Below, in pieces: positions 25,700-34,593 of a DNA stretch of 46,792 nt. Each line of letters starts with the position of its first letter. Within the stretch, counting starts at the first letter, position 1. Under the pieces are notes generated by a model that was not told the DNA's origin, ran no database searches, and saw only the letters and a list, made by a program, of their open reading frames with translations. Source of the DNA: Candidatus Nomurabacteria bacterium (lineage in GTDB: Bacteria; Patescibacteriota; Minisyncoccia; Phycocordibacterales; UBA9973); assembly GCA_016199805.1 (NCBI GenBank), contig JACQGC010000005.1, positions 72,019-118,810 on the forward strand. Direction: 5' to 3'. The position numbers and the translations under genes are program-made.

Positions 25700-25768
25700 A
25701 AATATGAACCTACAAATAGTAGTTACTGGTATATTATACCATGGTTCACATATTACCGACAAGTAGAT

Positions 25769-27691
25769 TCATGCAACTTCCACTGGAACAACTAGGTCCT
25801 TCTTCTTGAGCAGTATCCCGTGGGCAACCAAAATCTTTTCGTATTCTTCCTGCTCCAGGGTTTCCACTTCAATCAGTTTATGCGCAATCGCCGTGAAAGC
25901 TTTTTTATGTTCGTTCAAAACTCCTTCCGCCGTTTTCAATCCATCTTGAATAATTCTGGAAACTTCGGCATCTACTTTCGTGGAAACTGTCTCTGAAAAT
26001 TCTTTCTCCACTATTTCTCCGAATTGTGGACGGCCACCGGAATCCACCAAGGCTATCGGCCCGATAACATCCGACATTCCCCACCTGGTGACCATGGCCC
26101 GCGCCAAACTCGTGGCTACTTGCAGATCGCTCGATGGTCCGGTGGTGATATCTCCGAAAGTCATCTGTTCAGCTACATATCCCCCGAGTGACATGGCTAT
26201 ATCATCAATGAATTCTTTCTTTGATTGCAGACGCCTTTCTTCTAAAGGCAATTTCAGTGTGTACCCGCCAGCGTTGCCCCGGGCGATGATGGAAACTTTG
26301 TGCACCGGGTCAGCATGCGGCAAGACCGAAGCCACAATGGCGTGCCCGGCTTCGTGATAGGCGGTGATTTCTTTTTCTTTTTTGGAAAGCAGATGGCTTT
26401 TTCTCTCGGGGCCGAGCATCACTTTTTCGATAGCTCGGATGAGGTCAAACTGGAAAACTTTCTTGCGGTTTTCGCGGGCGGCCAAGATGGCGCCTTCGTT
26501 CATGAGCGAATACAAATCCGCGCCGGAGAAACCCGGAGTGCGTTCGGCAATCAGCTTTAGATTTATGTCTTCGGCAAGCGGCTTCTTCACGGCATGAATT
26601 TTGAGTATCTCTTCACGGTCGGCGCGGTCCGGTAAATCTAAAATTACTTTTCGGTCAAAACGCCCCGGGCGGACCAAGGCTGGGTCCAAGACATCGGGGC
26701 GATTGGTCGCCGCCATGACGATAACTTTATCGTTTGGCTCAAAGCCGTCCATCTCCACCAAGATTTGGTTTAAAGTTTGTTCGCGTTCATCGTTGCCTCC
26801 GCCGAAGCCTCCGCCGCGAGTGCGGCCTATGGCATCTATTTCATCCACGAAAATAATTGCCGGCGCCGCGCGTTTGGCCATCTTAAATAGATCGCGCACA
26901 CGACTTGCTCCGACGCCCACAAACATTTCCACAAACTCGCTACCCGACAAATGAAAGAAGGGCACGCCCGCTTCCCCGGCCACAGCCCTGGCGAGAAGTG
27001 TCTTGCCTGTGCCCGGAGCTCCGGTCAAAATAACGCCTTTCGGAATTCTGGCGCCGATGTCCAAAAACTTTTTCGGACTTTTTAAGAAATCCACTATTTC
27101 TTTCAATTCTTCTTTAGCCTCTTTACATCCGGCTACGTCTTTGAAAGTCACCCGGTTGTTTTTATCATTCGGGTCGGTGATGCGCGCTTTGGATTGCCCA
27201 AAGGTAAAGGCCTGCATACCGGCGCCTTTCACTTGCCTCGAGATGTACCAGAAGAAAACTAAAATAAAAATTATAGGAACAATGATTGGCGACATATTCA
27301 GGAGCCAGTAACCAAATCCGCTTTCGTCTTTGATTTGAATATCTGTCTTTGCTAAAGCCACAGCTGGCACACCGTAGTCGGCGAGCGTCTGCGTGAGTGG
27401 CGAGCTGACTTCTTTTTTGGATTCCTTCACGTCGCCATTTTGATAAGTGATAGTGAGCTTGTCCCCTTCCACCAGAATGGTTTTGACATTTCCAGCGACA
27501 ACGTTATTAGCCAATTCGGAAATAGAAACCTGTGGGGTGACCTTTCCATCCCCAGCAACCAGTAAATATATAGCAGTAATAACTATGAAGAAAACCACAG
27601 CGCCAATAATACTACTGGAAAAATTCCCGTTTTTCTTGGACTTTTTACCCTTACCCTGAGGCTCTTTTTGATTTAGAAAATTGAAATCCAT
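25769..27691 (-). CDS. ftsH: ATP-dependent zinc metalloprotease FtsH
   Basis: Two TM helices, [27 protein letters not shown]. Confidence 0.97.
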   Translation of the reverse strand: MDFNFLNQKEPQGKGKKSKKNGNFSSSIIGAVVFFIVITAIYLLVAGDGKVTPQVSISELANNVVAGNVKTILVEGDKLTITYQNGDVKESKKEVSSPLTQTLADYGVPAVALAKTDIQIKDESGFGYWLLNMSPIIVPIIFILVFFWYISRQVKGAGMQAFTFGQSKARITDPNDKNNRVTFKDVAGCKEAKEELKEIVDFLKSPKKFLDIGARIPKGVILTGAPGTGKTLLARAVAGEAGVPFFHLSGSEFVEMFVGVGASRVRDLFKMAKRAAPAIIFVDEIDAIGRTRGGGFGGGNDEREQTLNQILVEMDGFEPNDKVIVMAATNRPDVLDPALVRPGRFDRKVILDLPDRADREEILKIHAVKKPLAEDINLKLIAERTPGFSGADLYSLMNEGAILAARENRKKVFQFDLIRAIEKVMLGPERKSHLLSKKEKEITAYHEAGHAIVASVLPHADPVHKVSIIARGNAGGYTLKLPLEERRLQSKKEFIDDIAMSLGGYVAEQMTFGDITTGPSSDLQVATSLARAMVTRWGMSDVIGPIALVDSGGRPQFGEIVEKEFSETVSTKVDAEVSRIIQDGLKTAEGVLNEHKKAFTAIAHKLIEVETLEQEEYEKILVAHGILLKKKDLVVPVEVA

Positions 27692-27745
27692 TTGGATACT
27701 TTAACACAAAATATTAGAAAAGTGAAATGGTTTTTATTTGTAAAG

Positions 27746-28148
27746 TGGTGGAACTGACGGGAATTGAACCCGTGTGCAGAAGGTTTTTGCAAGGACGTCT
27801 ACATACATAGCTCGCTTTTTTTGTTTAAGTTAAAAAATTCAGAAACGAGCCAAATATTTTTTAACCGAGTTCCTTTGTTTTGCTCCTGCGTCAGAACGGT
27901 CGCAGAAACTATCCCGATAATATTACACCCCTACTTATATATCGGAAGTCTATAAGAGAGACGCCAACCCAGGCTTACGCGAAGGCTGGAGCGAAAGCGA
28001 AATCATTCATTCCGAAGAATGGAGAGACAACAGCTTTTGCTTTAGCAGTCAATTTTGCAATTAACATTTGAACAAATTTTTACGAGATTATGTTCATGCT
28101 CGGTATGCATCAATAACAAATGGCCAACTGTCTATGCCTTGCAGTCCC
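27746..28148 (-). ncRNA. ssrA: tmRNA
   Basis: 5' GGGACTG pairs with CAGTTCC-A-CCA (G3:U70), T arm ACGGG-TTCAATT-CCCGT; tag frame 28058-27975 AKLTAKAKAVVSPFFGMNDFAFAPAFA*; immediately downstream of smpB. Confidence 0.93.
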
Positions 28149-28170
28149 ATGTTTTTGTCTTTTTTTGTTT

Positions 28171-28617
28171 TCAACGTCCTTTGTATTCTCGGCGAATCTC
28201 GCGATCCATATCGCGTTTTTTCAGAGTCTCGCGTTTATCGAATTTTTTCTTCCCTTTCACCAAAGCGATTTCCACTTTGATTTTTCTGTTTTTATTATAC
28301 ACTGAAATAGGCACTATTGTCAAACTCTTGTTTTTCTCACTGCCGGCCAGCTCGGCGATTTCTTTTTTAGTCAGCAAAAGTTTTCGGTTGCGCAACGGGT
28401 CGTAATCTTGCGGCGCATTTTTTGCCTGGTATGGCGGAATATTCGCATTGATTAGGTATGCTTCTCCTCCACGTGCAATAACAAAAGCGCCTTCCAGAGA
28501 CATCTGCCCGCCGCGCACAGACTTCACCTCGGTGCCCAAAAGTTCAATACCTGTTTCGTATTTTTCTAAGAATTCGTAATTGAACCGCGCTTTTCTGTTT
28601 TCGGCATAATGAGGCAT
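28171..28617 (-). CDS. smpB: SsrA-binding protein SmpB
   Basis: NRKARFNY, GIELLGTEVKS, RKLLL, KGKKKFDKRE. Confidence 0.97.
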   Translation of the reverse strand: MPHYAENRKARFNYEFLEKYETGIELLGTEVKSVRGGQMSLEGAFVIARGGEAYLINANIPPYQAKNAPQDYDPLRNRKLLLTKKEIAELAGSEKNKSLTIVPISVYNKNRKIKVEIALVKGKKKFDKRETLKKRDMDREIRREYKGR

Positions 28618-28637
28618 AAATACATATTATCACATTG

Positions 28638-28666
28638 TTGACTTTAAGCCCCGAATACGCTATTAT
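28638..28666 (+). promoter_or_regulatory. Sigma70-type promoter for infC-rpmI-rplT
   Basis: TTGACT-17 nt-TATTAT. Confidence 0.6.
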
Positions 28667-28706
28667 CTTGTAGTCAAAGGCTTTTCTACTTGGACACAAA
28701 TATCAA

Positions 28707-29210
28707 TTGCGAGAACGAATAAACAACCAAATAAGGGCTAAAGAACTTCGGGTTTTGGACAGTGAAAACAAGAACCTTGGTATCTTGAGTATTAAGGATG
28801 CTTTGGAACTGGCGCAAAGCAAGGGTATGGACCTGATTGAGATAGGTCCAAATGCCAATCCCCCACTGGCCAAGGTTATGGAATTCGGCAAGTATCAGTA
28901 CGAGGCCAGCAAGAAGATGAAAAAGGCCAAGGCTGGCGCAAACAAAACCGAGACAAAAGGAATTCAGATAAAGATAGGCACTGGAGACCACGACTTGGAG
29001 CTGAAAGCGAAAACGGCTTCCAAATGGATAAAGGAAGGACATCGAGTGAAAGTGGAATTGTTTTTGGCCGGACGCGCCAAATACATGGATGAGAAATTTT
29101 TGAGAGAACGTTTGGACAGAGTGCTGCATTTGGTTACCGAGGATTATAAAATATCGGACGCCTACAAAAGAGGCCCAAAAGGGTTAACAACAACAATAGA
29201 ACGGAAGTAG
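28707..29210 (+). CDS. infC: Translation initiation factor IF-3 (TTG start)
   Basis: RINNQIRAKELRV, DLIEI..A.PP.AKVMEFGKYQYE. Confidence 0.95.
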   Translation: MRERINNQIRAKELRVLDSENKNLGILSIKDALELAQSKGMDLIEIGPNANPPLAKVMEFGKYQYEASKKMKKAKAGANKTETKGIQIKIGTGDHDLELKAKTASKWIKEGHRVKVELFLAGRAKYMDEKFLRERLDRVLHLVTEDYKISDAYKRGPKGLTTTIERK

Positions 29211-29243
29211 TTATAAAGTGTAAAGTTATAAAGTTTATAAAGT
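29209..29243. repeat. AAAGTTAT-type array upstream of rpmI
   Basis: agttataaagtgtaaagttataaagtttataaagt. Confidence 0.85.
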
Positions 29244-29256
29244 AAAATACAATTTT

Positions 29257-29454
29257 ATGGGAAAAGGAATGAAAACAAATAAGTCATACAGTAAGAGATT
29301 AAAAATTACCAAAAGCGGTAAGTTGATTGCCCGCAAGCCGGGGTTCAACCATTTTAATGCGAAACAATCCCGCGGCACCCAGCTCGCCGGCAAAAAAGGA
29401 AAGAATTTTGTTATTAAAAACAAAGACAAGTCGCACTTGTTGCCTTTTAACTAG
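29257..29454 (+). CDS. rpmI: 50S ribosomal protein L35
   Basis: MKTNKSYSKRLKITKSGK; synteny. Confidence 0.93.
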   Translation: MGKGMKTNKSYSKRLKITKSGKLIARKPGFNHFNAKQSRGTQLAGKKGKNFVIKNKDKSHLLPFN

Positions 29455-29487
29455 CTTTCAACTTTATAAACTTTATAACTTTCAACT
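29455..29487. repeat. Inverted AAAGTTAT-type array downstream of rpmI
   Basis: 29461-29482 is the perfect reverse complement of 29222-29243. Confidence 0.85.
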
Positions 29488-29493
29488 AATAAT

Positions 29494-29838
29494 ATGACAA
29501 GAGTAAAAAAAGGAGTACATGCGTTAAAGAGAAGAAGGAGTGTCTTGAAGCAGACCAAAGGTTTTCGCCATGGTCGCGGAACCAAAGAGCGCCAGGCCAA
29601 GGATGCCCTCTTGCACGCGGGTAGCTATTCTTTCGCCCACCGCAAAGACAAGAAATCTCACAACCGAAAGCTTTGGAACATTAAGATAAACGCCGGAGCG
29701 AGAGAGCTCGGAATGTCCTACTCTCAACTGATAGGAGCATTGCACAAGAAAAATATAATGCTGGATAGAAAAATCCTTTCCGACTTCGCCGAGTTTCATC
29801 CAAAGATATTTGCTAAAATTCTGGAAGCTGTAAAATAA
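29494..29838 (+). CDS. rplT: 50S ribosomal protein L20
   Basis: MTRVKKG, LWNIKINAGAR, LDRKILS. Confidence 0.97.
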   Translation: MTRVKKGVHALKRRRSVLKQTKGFRHGRGTKERQAKDALLHAGSYSFAHRKDKKSHNRKLWNIKINAGARELGMSYSQLIGALHKKNIMLDRKILSDFAEFHPKIFAKILEAVK

Positions 29839-29840
29839 AT

Positions 29841-29879
29841 AAAAAAATCCCTCATGAGTTATCTTGGGGGATTTTTTTA
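29841..29879. terminator. Bidirectional intrinsic terminator between convergent genes
   Basis: aaaaaaatccctca..tgggggattttttt. Confidence 0.75.
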
Positions 29880-29880
29880 T

Positions 29881-30498
29881 TTAGTTTGTATCCGAAGCGG
29901 AGTCTTTGTGGGCTTTAAATTCAGATATTTTATCTACCTTAACTAGAGCCAGGACGTCTTGTAGGAGTTTCTTGGCATCTTTGCCTTTGGCAATCTTGGC
30001 ATTTGGGCGATGGCCTTTTTCTATAATTTGTTCCAACTCTTTGCCCATGTCCCACGGCCCTTCGAAAATACCTATCGGCTTGCCATCTTCAAAGGCCACA
30101 GTGAATTCATGAATAGTGCCAATGCGCCCACAACCGCAGATGACGGCGTCGGACGAACGAGTGAGTAGTATGTCCCGCCCCGGATAACCAAAGCCGGTGT
30201 AAATAATCAAATCCATATAATCGAGCGGAAGTTTGTAAACCTCCACATGCTCGCGTTCACTCGCGGCCGGAGATATACCAATGGAAATTCCTCCTTCTTC
30301 TTTCACGCCCATCGCCGCCCATAAAGGAAATCCTGTAGTCGCCCCGGTAATTAAAATTGCCCCTTGCCTGGCTATCTCCCGCCCGAGCTCTTTGGCCAGG
30401 TCCAGGGCGCCGATGCCGCAGTTGCCCGTCTCGGCCGCGCCAGAGACGCAGATTTTTATTTGATTATGCCCGTGTTTTTTAAAATATTCTAAATCCAT
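29881..30498 (-). CDS. LOG/SLOG family nucleotide-binding protein
   Basis: ICVSGAA, LITGATTG, GISP, GRIGTIHEF. Confidence 0.85.
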   Translation of the reverse strand: MDLEYFKKHGHNQIKICVSGAAETGNCGIGALDLAKELGREIARQGAILITGATTGFPLWAAMGVKEEGGISIGISPAASEREHVEVYKLPLDYMDLIIYTGFGYPGRDILLTRSSDAVICGCGRIGTIHEFTVAFEDGKPIGIFEGPWDMGKELEQIIEKGHRPNAKIAKGKDAKKLLQDVLALVKVDKISEFKAHKDSASDTN

Positions 30499-30597
30499 CC
30501 CGTACGAAGTAAAGAGTATTTTTTTTCTTTACTTTAATTAAATAATAATCAAAATTTTTCTTCCCCGTAAGAACATATTACATAAACTTTGTACGGG
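30499..30597. mobile_element. 99-bp MITE-like insertion with 12-bp terminal inverted repeats and 6-bp target duplication
   Basis: atccat[CCCGTACGAAGT...ACTTTGTACGGG]atccat; TIR matches 11/12. Confidence 0.75.
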
Positions 30598-30610
30598 ATC
30601 CATATCCATT

Positions 30611-31975
30611 TTAGCATTCCAACGTCACCGTACTGCCCTGCTCCGGCACAAAAGCATTTATTCCCAAACTATCCCGCAGCTTTTGCGCGAGGAACATTTC
30701 CGATTCCGGCTCACCCATGACCACAAAAATTTTCTTAACTTTATCCTGCATGTCTTCCACGAAGGCCAAAAGTCCATCCGAATCTTTGTGCCCGGAATAT
30801 CCGGAAATCGTCACGATGTGCGCCCGCACCACCACATCTTCCCCGGTGATGCGCACCGTCTTCACTCCTTCTTGTATGAGGCGCCCCGGGGTACCCACAG
30901 ACTGGTACCCCGTCAGCAGCAAGGTATTGTTTGGGTCCGGCAGGTAATGCCTCTCGTGATGCACAATGCGCCCACCGGTGGACATTCCGCTCCCGGCAAT
31001 GACTATCTTTGGATTCGGCACGTTGTTTATCATCTGCGACTCTTCGGATTTCAGCGTGCTATGCAACCCCGGAAAATCGAAAATATATTTGTCGTGCACC
31101 ATGGCTTTTTGCGCCGTCTCATTTAAATAATTTCTGTATTGTTTGAAAACTTCCGTCAGACGGATAGCCAGCGGTGAATCAAAAAAAATCGGCATTATGG
31201 GGATGCGTTTATTTTTCACCAATTCATCGAGCTCAAAGAGAAGTTCCTGAGAACGTTCCAAGGAAAAAGTCGGAATGATGAGAGCCCCCTTTCTCTTATA
31301 GTTGTCTTCAATGGTTTCTTCCAAATACCTTCGCCTATCGTTCCTGGATTCATGGTTCCTGTCTCCATACACAGATTCCATCACCAAATAATCCACATCG
31401 GTAACTTTTTCCGTGTCCGGTAAAATTGGTGAAGGGCTGTTGCCCAAGTCTCCGGTAAAAAGAATTTTTTTGCCGTTATACATAAACTCAATCATAGCCG
31501 AACCCAGGATGTGCCCGGCGTTTAAAAATGTGACCTCCATATTTGGAGTGATATTTACCTTGTCGTGATATTTAAAACCTGTCCAGAGTGAGAGCGCCAG
31601 CTGTATATTCTCTTCGGTGTAGATTTTATCCAAATTAAGTTCCTTATTATTCTTTAAAATACCGGCAGTGTCTTCCAGCATAGGGCCCGCTAGGCTCTTG
31701 GTCGGCTCGGTGGAATATATTTTCCCGCGAAAGCCTTCGCTAATCAATTTTGGCACCCTGCCTAAATGGTCCACGTGTCCGTGCGTTATGAAAAGTATAT
31801 CTATAGTCTTTGGGTCATAAACAAAAGGATCCCAGTTTATATCGTCGGCCAGTTTTTCTCCCTGGGTAAGCCCGCAATCTACCAATATTCTCTTTCCGTC
31901 TATTTCCAAAAGAAAATTCGCGCCTGTGACACTACCCGTTCCCCCGTAAAAAGTAATTTTAGCGTTTTTTTCCAT
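30611..31975 (-). CDS. MBL-fold beta-CASP ribonuclease
   Basis: VTGAN, THGHVDHLG, AGHILGS, FTGDLG, MESVYG, YSGHKD; start MEKNAK with leaderless promoter pattern. Confidence 0.92.
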   Translation of the reverse strand: MEKNAKITFYGGTGSVTGANFLLEIDGKRILVDCGLTQGEKLADDINWDPFVYDPKTIDILFITHGHVDHLGRVPKLISEGFRGKIYSTEPTKSLAGPMLEDTAGILKNNKELNLDKIYTEENIQLALSLWTGFKYHDKVNITPNMEVTFLNAGHILGSAMIEFMYNGKKILFTGDLGNSPSPILPDTEKVTDVDYLVMESVYGDRNHESRNDRRRYLEETIEDNYKRKGALIIPTFSLERSQELLFELDELVKNKRIPIMPIFFDSPLAIRLTEVFKQYRNYLNETAQKAMVHDKYIFDFPGLHSTLKSEESQMINNVPNPKIVIAGSGMSTGGRIVHHERHYLPDPNNTLLLTGYQSVGTPGRLIQEGVKTVRITGEDVVVRAHIVTISGYSGHKDSDGLLAFVEDMQDKVKKIFVVMGEPESEMFLAQKLRDSLGINAFVPEQGSTVTLEC

Positions 31976-32002
31976 TGATTTAGTATAACATAGTGTTGTC
32001 CC

Positions 32003-32036
32003 AAGAAAAAATCTCCTCGAAAGGAGAGTTCTTCTT
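32003..32036 (-). terminator. Intrinsic terminator
   Basis: TCTCCT-TTCG-AGGAGA followed by TTTTTTCTT on the minus strand. Confidence 0.8.
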
Positions 32037-32161
32037 AGGACTATTTCAGAAATATTACCATAGCTTCTAGCTAAGTGGGTGCGAGACGTGTATAGGCCAA
32101 GGCCTAACTCGATCGACGCTCCCATAAAATAGTGTTCTAGGTAATAATCGGAAATAACCCT
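32037..32161 (-). ncRNA. Candidate structured ncRNA, rod with central bubble (6S RNA-like)
   Basis: GGGTTATTTC/GAAATAGTCC, TATTACC/GGTAATA, central bubble, TGGG-A-GCG/CGC-A-CCCA, apical TAGGCC-TT-GGCCTA; flanked by promoter and terminator. Confidence 0.6.
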
Positions 32162-32167
32162 ACTAAA

Positions 32168-32195
32168 AGTATATTCCCTTCCAATATTTTTGCAA
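32168..32195 (-). promoter_or_regulatory. Sigma70-type promoter driving the candidate ncRNA
   Basis: TTGCAA-16 nt-TATACT, about 6 nt before the rod's 5' end. Confidence 0.6.
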
Positions 32196-32224
32196 CTGGA
32201 CGAGATATTTTTTATGTTTCCGAA

Positions 32225-32821
32225 TTATTCCTTCAAATATTGCTTCATTACTTTTTCAAAATCTTCAAAAGTAGTGTAAAGTTCGGCGTGAATTCCAAAT
32301 TCCTCGGCGCCTTTTACATTTTCCAGCTTATCATCCAAAAACAATATTTCTTCTTTCTTGAAATTTTTCAAATCATCAAAGATTGTGGAGAAAAATATTT
32401 GGTCCGGCTTTTTATGACCTATCTGCGCCGAAGAATATGTCTTATCAAACAATTCCGCAAAGCCCATTTTGTCGAGCATATAAGCGACGCGATATTTTTC
32501 ATTATTTGTGCCTAAAACACACACTATTCCTTTCTTCCGCAGGTTATTTATATAAGAAACCAGTTGCTGGTCTATCTTGTGGTCACGTCCAAACCAATAA
32601 TCAAGCAGCGCATCCACGCCTTTATCCCAACCCCAGGCATCTAAATATGGAGGCAGTACTTCTTTCAGGTCAGCTTGGCCTGCTACGCAATCCTGAAGTG
32701 CACCTTTGAAAAAGGGTAAGGTTTTTTCTAATGGAATATTATAATCTCTAGCCAAACCGACACTTAGCGGTTCCTGATGTGATATGCAATTAATACCATC
32801 AAAAATAATTACTTTTATCAT
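32225..32821 (-). CDS. HAD-superfamily hydrolase
   Basis: IIFDG, GTNN, KKPD, LFLDDKLENV. Confidence 0.85.
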   Translation of the reverse strand: MIKVIIFDGINCISHQEPLSVGLARDYNIPLEKTLPFFKGALQDCVAGQADLKEVLPPYLDAWGWDKGVDALLDYWFGRDHKIDQQLVSYINNLRKKGIVCVLGTNNEKYRVAYMLDKMGFAELFDKTYSSAQIGHKKPDQIFFSTIFDDLKNFKKEEILFLDDKLENVKGAEEFGIHAELYTTFEDFEKVMKQYLKE

Positions 32822-32824
32822 AAA

Positions 32825-33271
32825 TTACTCTAAGTGTTTTTTAATTTCTTTTACAACCGCATCCAGTTCTTCATCCGGGGATGTCTCTCTGCTCCCGGGT
32901 CTGTAAAGAAATTTTCTTGGGTCATATTCAGTAATTCCCGTGTCCCCTTCTTTTCTCGGCAACATATGTAAATGAAAATGCGGAACCGCCTGTCCGCCAA
33001 CCTCGGCTTCGTTCCAGGCGTAATTAAAACCCTCGGCACCAAAAACTTTCTTGAAAGCTTTTTTTAATTTTTTCTGTAAATCAAAAATCGCTAATACTTC
33101 TTCTTGAGTTAAATCATTGAAATCATCCACGCACCGGATTGGACATATTAAAACATGCCCTGGAACAATAGGAATATTTGTAGGAAAAGCCCAAGCCAAT
33201 TCATTCCTAATGATTTCTCTTTCCTTCACACCCGGATTTGTACAAAATACACAGATTTTTTTATTTTCCAT
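32825..33271 (-). CDS. HIT family nucleotide hydrolase
   Basis: CVFC, PGHVLI, GQAVPHFHLH. Confidence 0.92.
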   Translation of the reverse strand: MENKKICVFCTNPGVKEREIIRNELAWAFPTNIPIVPGHVLICPIRCVDDFNDLTQEEVLAIFDLQKKLKKAFKKVFGAEGFNYAWNEAEVGGQAVPHFHLHMLPRKEGDTGITEYDPRKFLYRPGSRETSPDEELDAVVKEIKKHLE

Positions 33272-33301
33272 AAAACTATATTAACATAAAAATTCATTTA
33301 T

Positions 33302-33991
33302 TTATCCAGCCAGTGCCTTAGACTCTGTCGGAAGACTATCTTCTTCTAAAAGAGACATCTTCCCTCTCTCCTCTCTAATGATAAAAACAATTTCGTCACA
33401 ATGTTTTTTAAAATCTTTATTTCCACCAAAAATACCTAAAATTCTTTCTCCTTCTTCTTTTGAAATAATTTGAAAATTATTGTTTTCATATTCTGTATCA
33501 CTCGCAAAAACAAAGTCGGCTTTATTTTTTGGAATATTATGAACTTGATAATTTTTATTCACATATCCAATAATCTTATTAAAGTAATTTTCACTACTAA
33601 TGTGGTGAGATTTAAAAGTTCCTTGAAAAAGTGCTCCAGTGCGAGAATTTTTTACATTAAAATAATATGTGTAGCCACCTTGCAACTTCTGCATAAACTT
33701 GGCTATTCCACCGTCTACTAATTGTTTTAAAACAAAATGAAAATGGTTTGGATTTAGGCAATAAGCAACAAACGCAACCAAGGGCTCCGAAGAGAACTTG
33801 GTCAGTGCCTTAGGCTCTGTTTTATTCTTCCTTATATCCCTTATGCTGCCTATGGTTTCAACTTGATTGAATTCATTTATACTTTCGACAAAACGCAAGA
33901 GATCTGCTTTGTTTTTAAAAACATCGCGCTTATCTACTCCGCGATTATAGATATGATAATACTCACCTGTTATTATTGATTGTAATCTCAT
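33302..33991 (-). mobile_element. REP-associated (RAYT-like) Y1 HUH transposase
   Basis: YYHIYNRG, YCLNPNHFHFVL (HUH), YFN..GALFQGTF, conserved Tyr in GYVNKN. Confidence 0.88.
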
Positions 33992-34037
33992 ATAACTAAT
34001 TATAACATATTTTAGACAGAGCCTAAGGCACTGGCTG
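33307..34037. repeat. 23-bp inverted repeats (33307-33329 and 34015-34037) plus an internal 18-bp copy (33803-33820)
   Basis: cagccagtgccttag[a/g]ctctgtc, 22/23 identity. Confidence 0.9.
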
Positions 34038-34039
34038 TT

Positions 34040-34588
34040 CTAATTTAGCTGATATTCCCAACCAGGTTTCCAAGCTTTGGCTTTGCGCCAGTCTTCTTTT
34101 AGCGCTTGTTCCCATGTCCTCCCCTTCAACAATACATCAAGAGCCAATTGCGGAGCTTTATGAGCAACTATTGCCACATTTTTTCCATCATAATCTTTTT
34201 TCAAAAATTCTAAAAAGTCAGCCATTCTGGTTTTTACGTCTTCGTAACTTTCCCCTTCCGGAAATCTATTATAAATACATTCCCCTTCGCACATTGGCTC
34301 AATTAAATTTTTAGGACCACCATTCAACTTTCCATAGCTGCATTCACGCAACCTAGAATCAATGACGATGGGTGCCCCTTCTTTAAAAGCCAACTTTGCG
34401 GTATTGAGGGCTCGTTTAAGATCAGAAGAAAATACTACATCAAATTTCCTGTCTTTGATTTTTTCTCTTAATTCTAGGGATTGTTTTACACCCATTTCTG
34501 AAAGTTCCACATCAGACCAACCAGAAGAAATTTCTTTATCTTCATCCGCATCGGCCCCGTGAGCAAAATAAGTTATTTTTACTGACAT
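34040..34588 (-). CDS. Histidine phosphatase (phosphoglycerate mutase-like) family
   Basis: AHG in place of RHG, FSSDLKRA..TA, RLRECSYG, GES, IVAH. Confidence 0.85.
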   Translation of the reverse strand: MSVKITYFAHGADADEDKEISSGWSDVELSEMGVKQSLELREKIKDRKFDVVFSSDLKRALNTAKLAFKEGAPIVIDSRLRECSYGKLNGGPKNLIEPMCEGECIYNRFPEGESYEDVKTRMADFLEFLKKDYDGKNVAIVAHKAPQLALDVLLKGRTWEQALKEDWRKAKAWKPGWEYQLN

Positions 34589-34593
34589 AAAAT

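Noticed and set aside
1091-27691. Alternative genetic code 25 (UGA=Gly)
   Set aside because: pilT, pduO and ftsH end in TGA at their expected C-termini and genes are intact under code 11
27764-28405. Short + strand ORFs over ssrA/smpB
   Set aside because: Antisense shadows of tmRNA and smpB
31976-32125. 50-aa N-terminal extension of the beta-CASP RNase
   Set aside because: It crosses an intrinsic terminator and a structured RNA; the family-typical start at 31975 has its own promoter pattern
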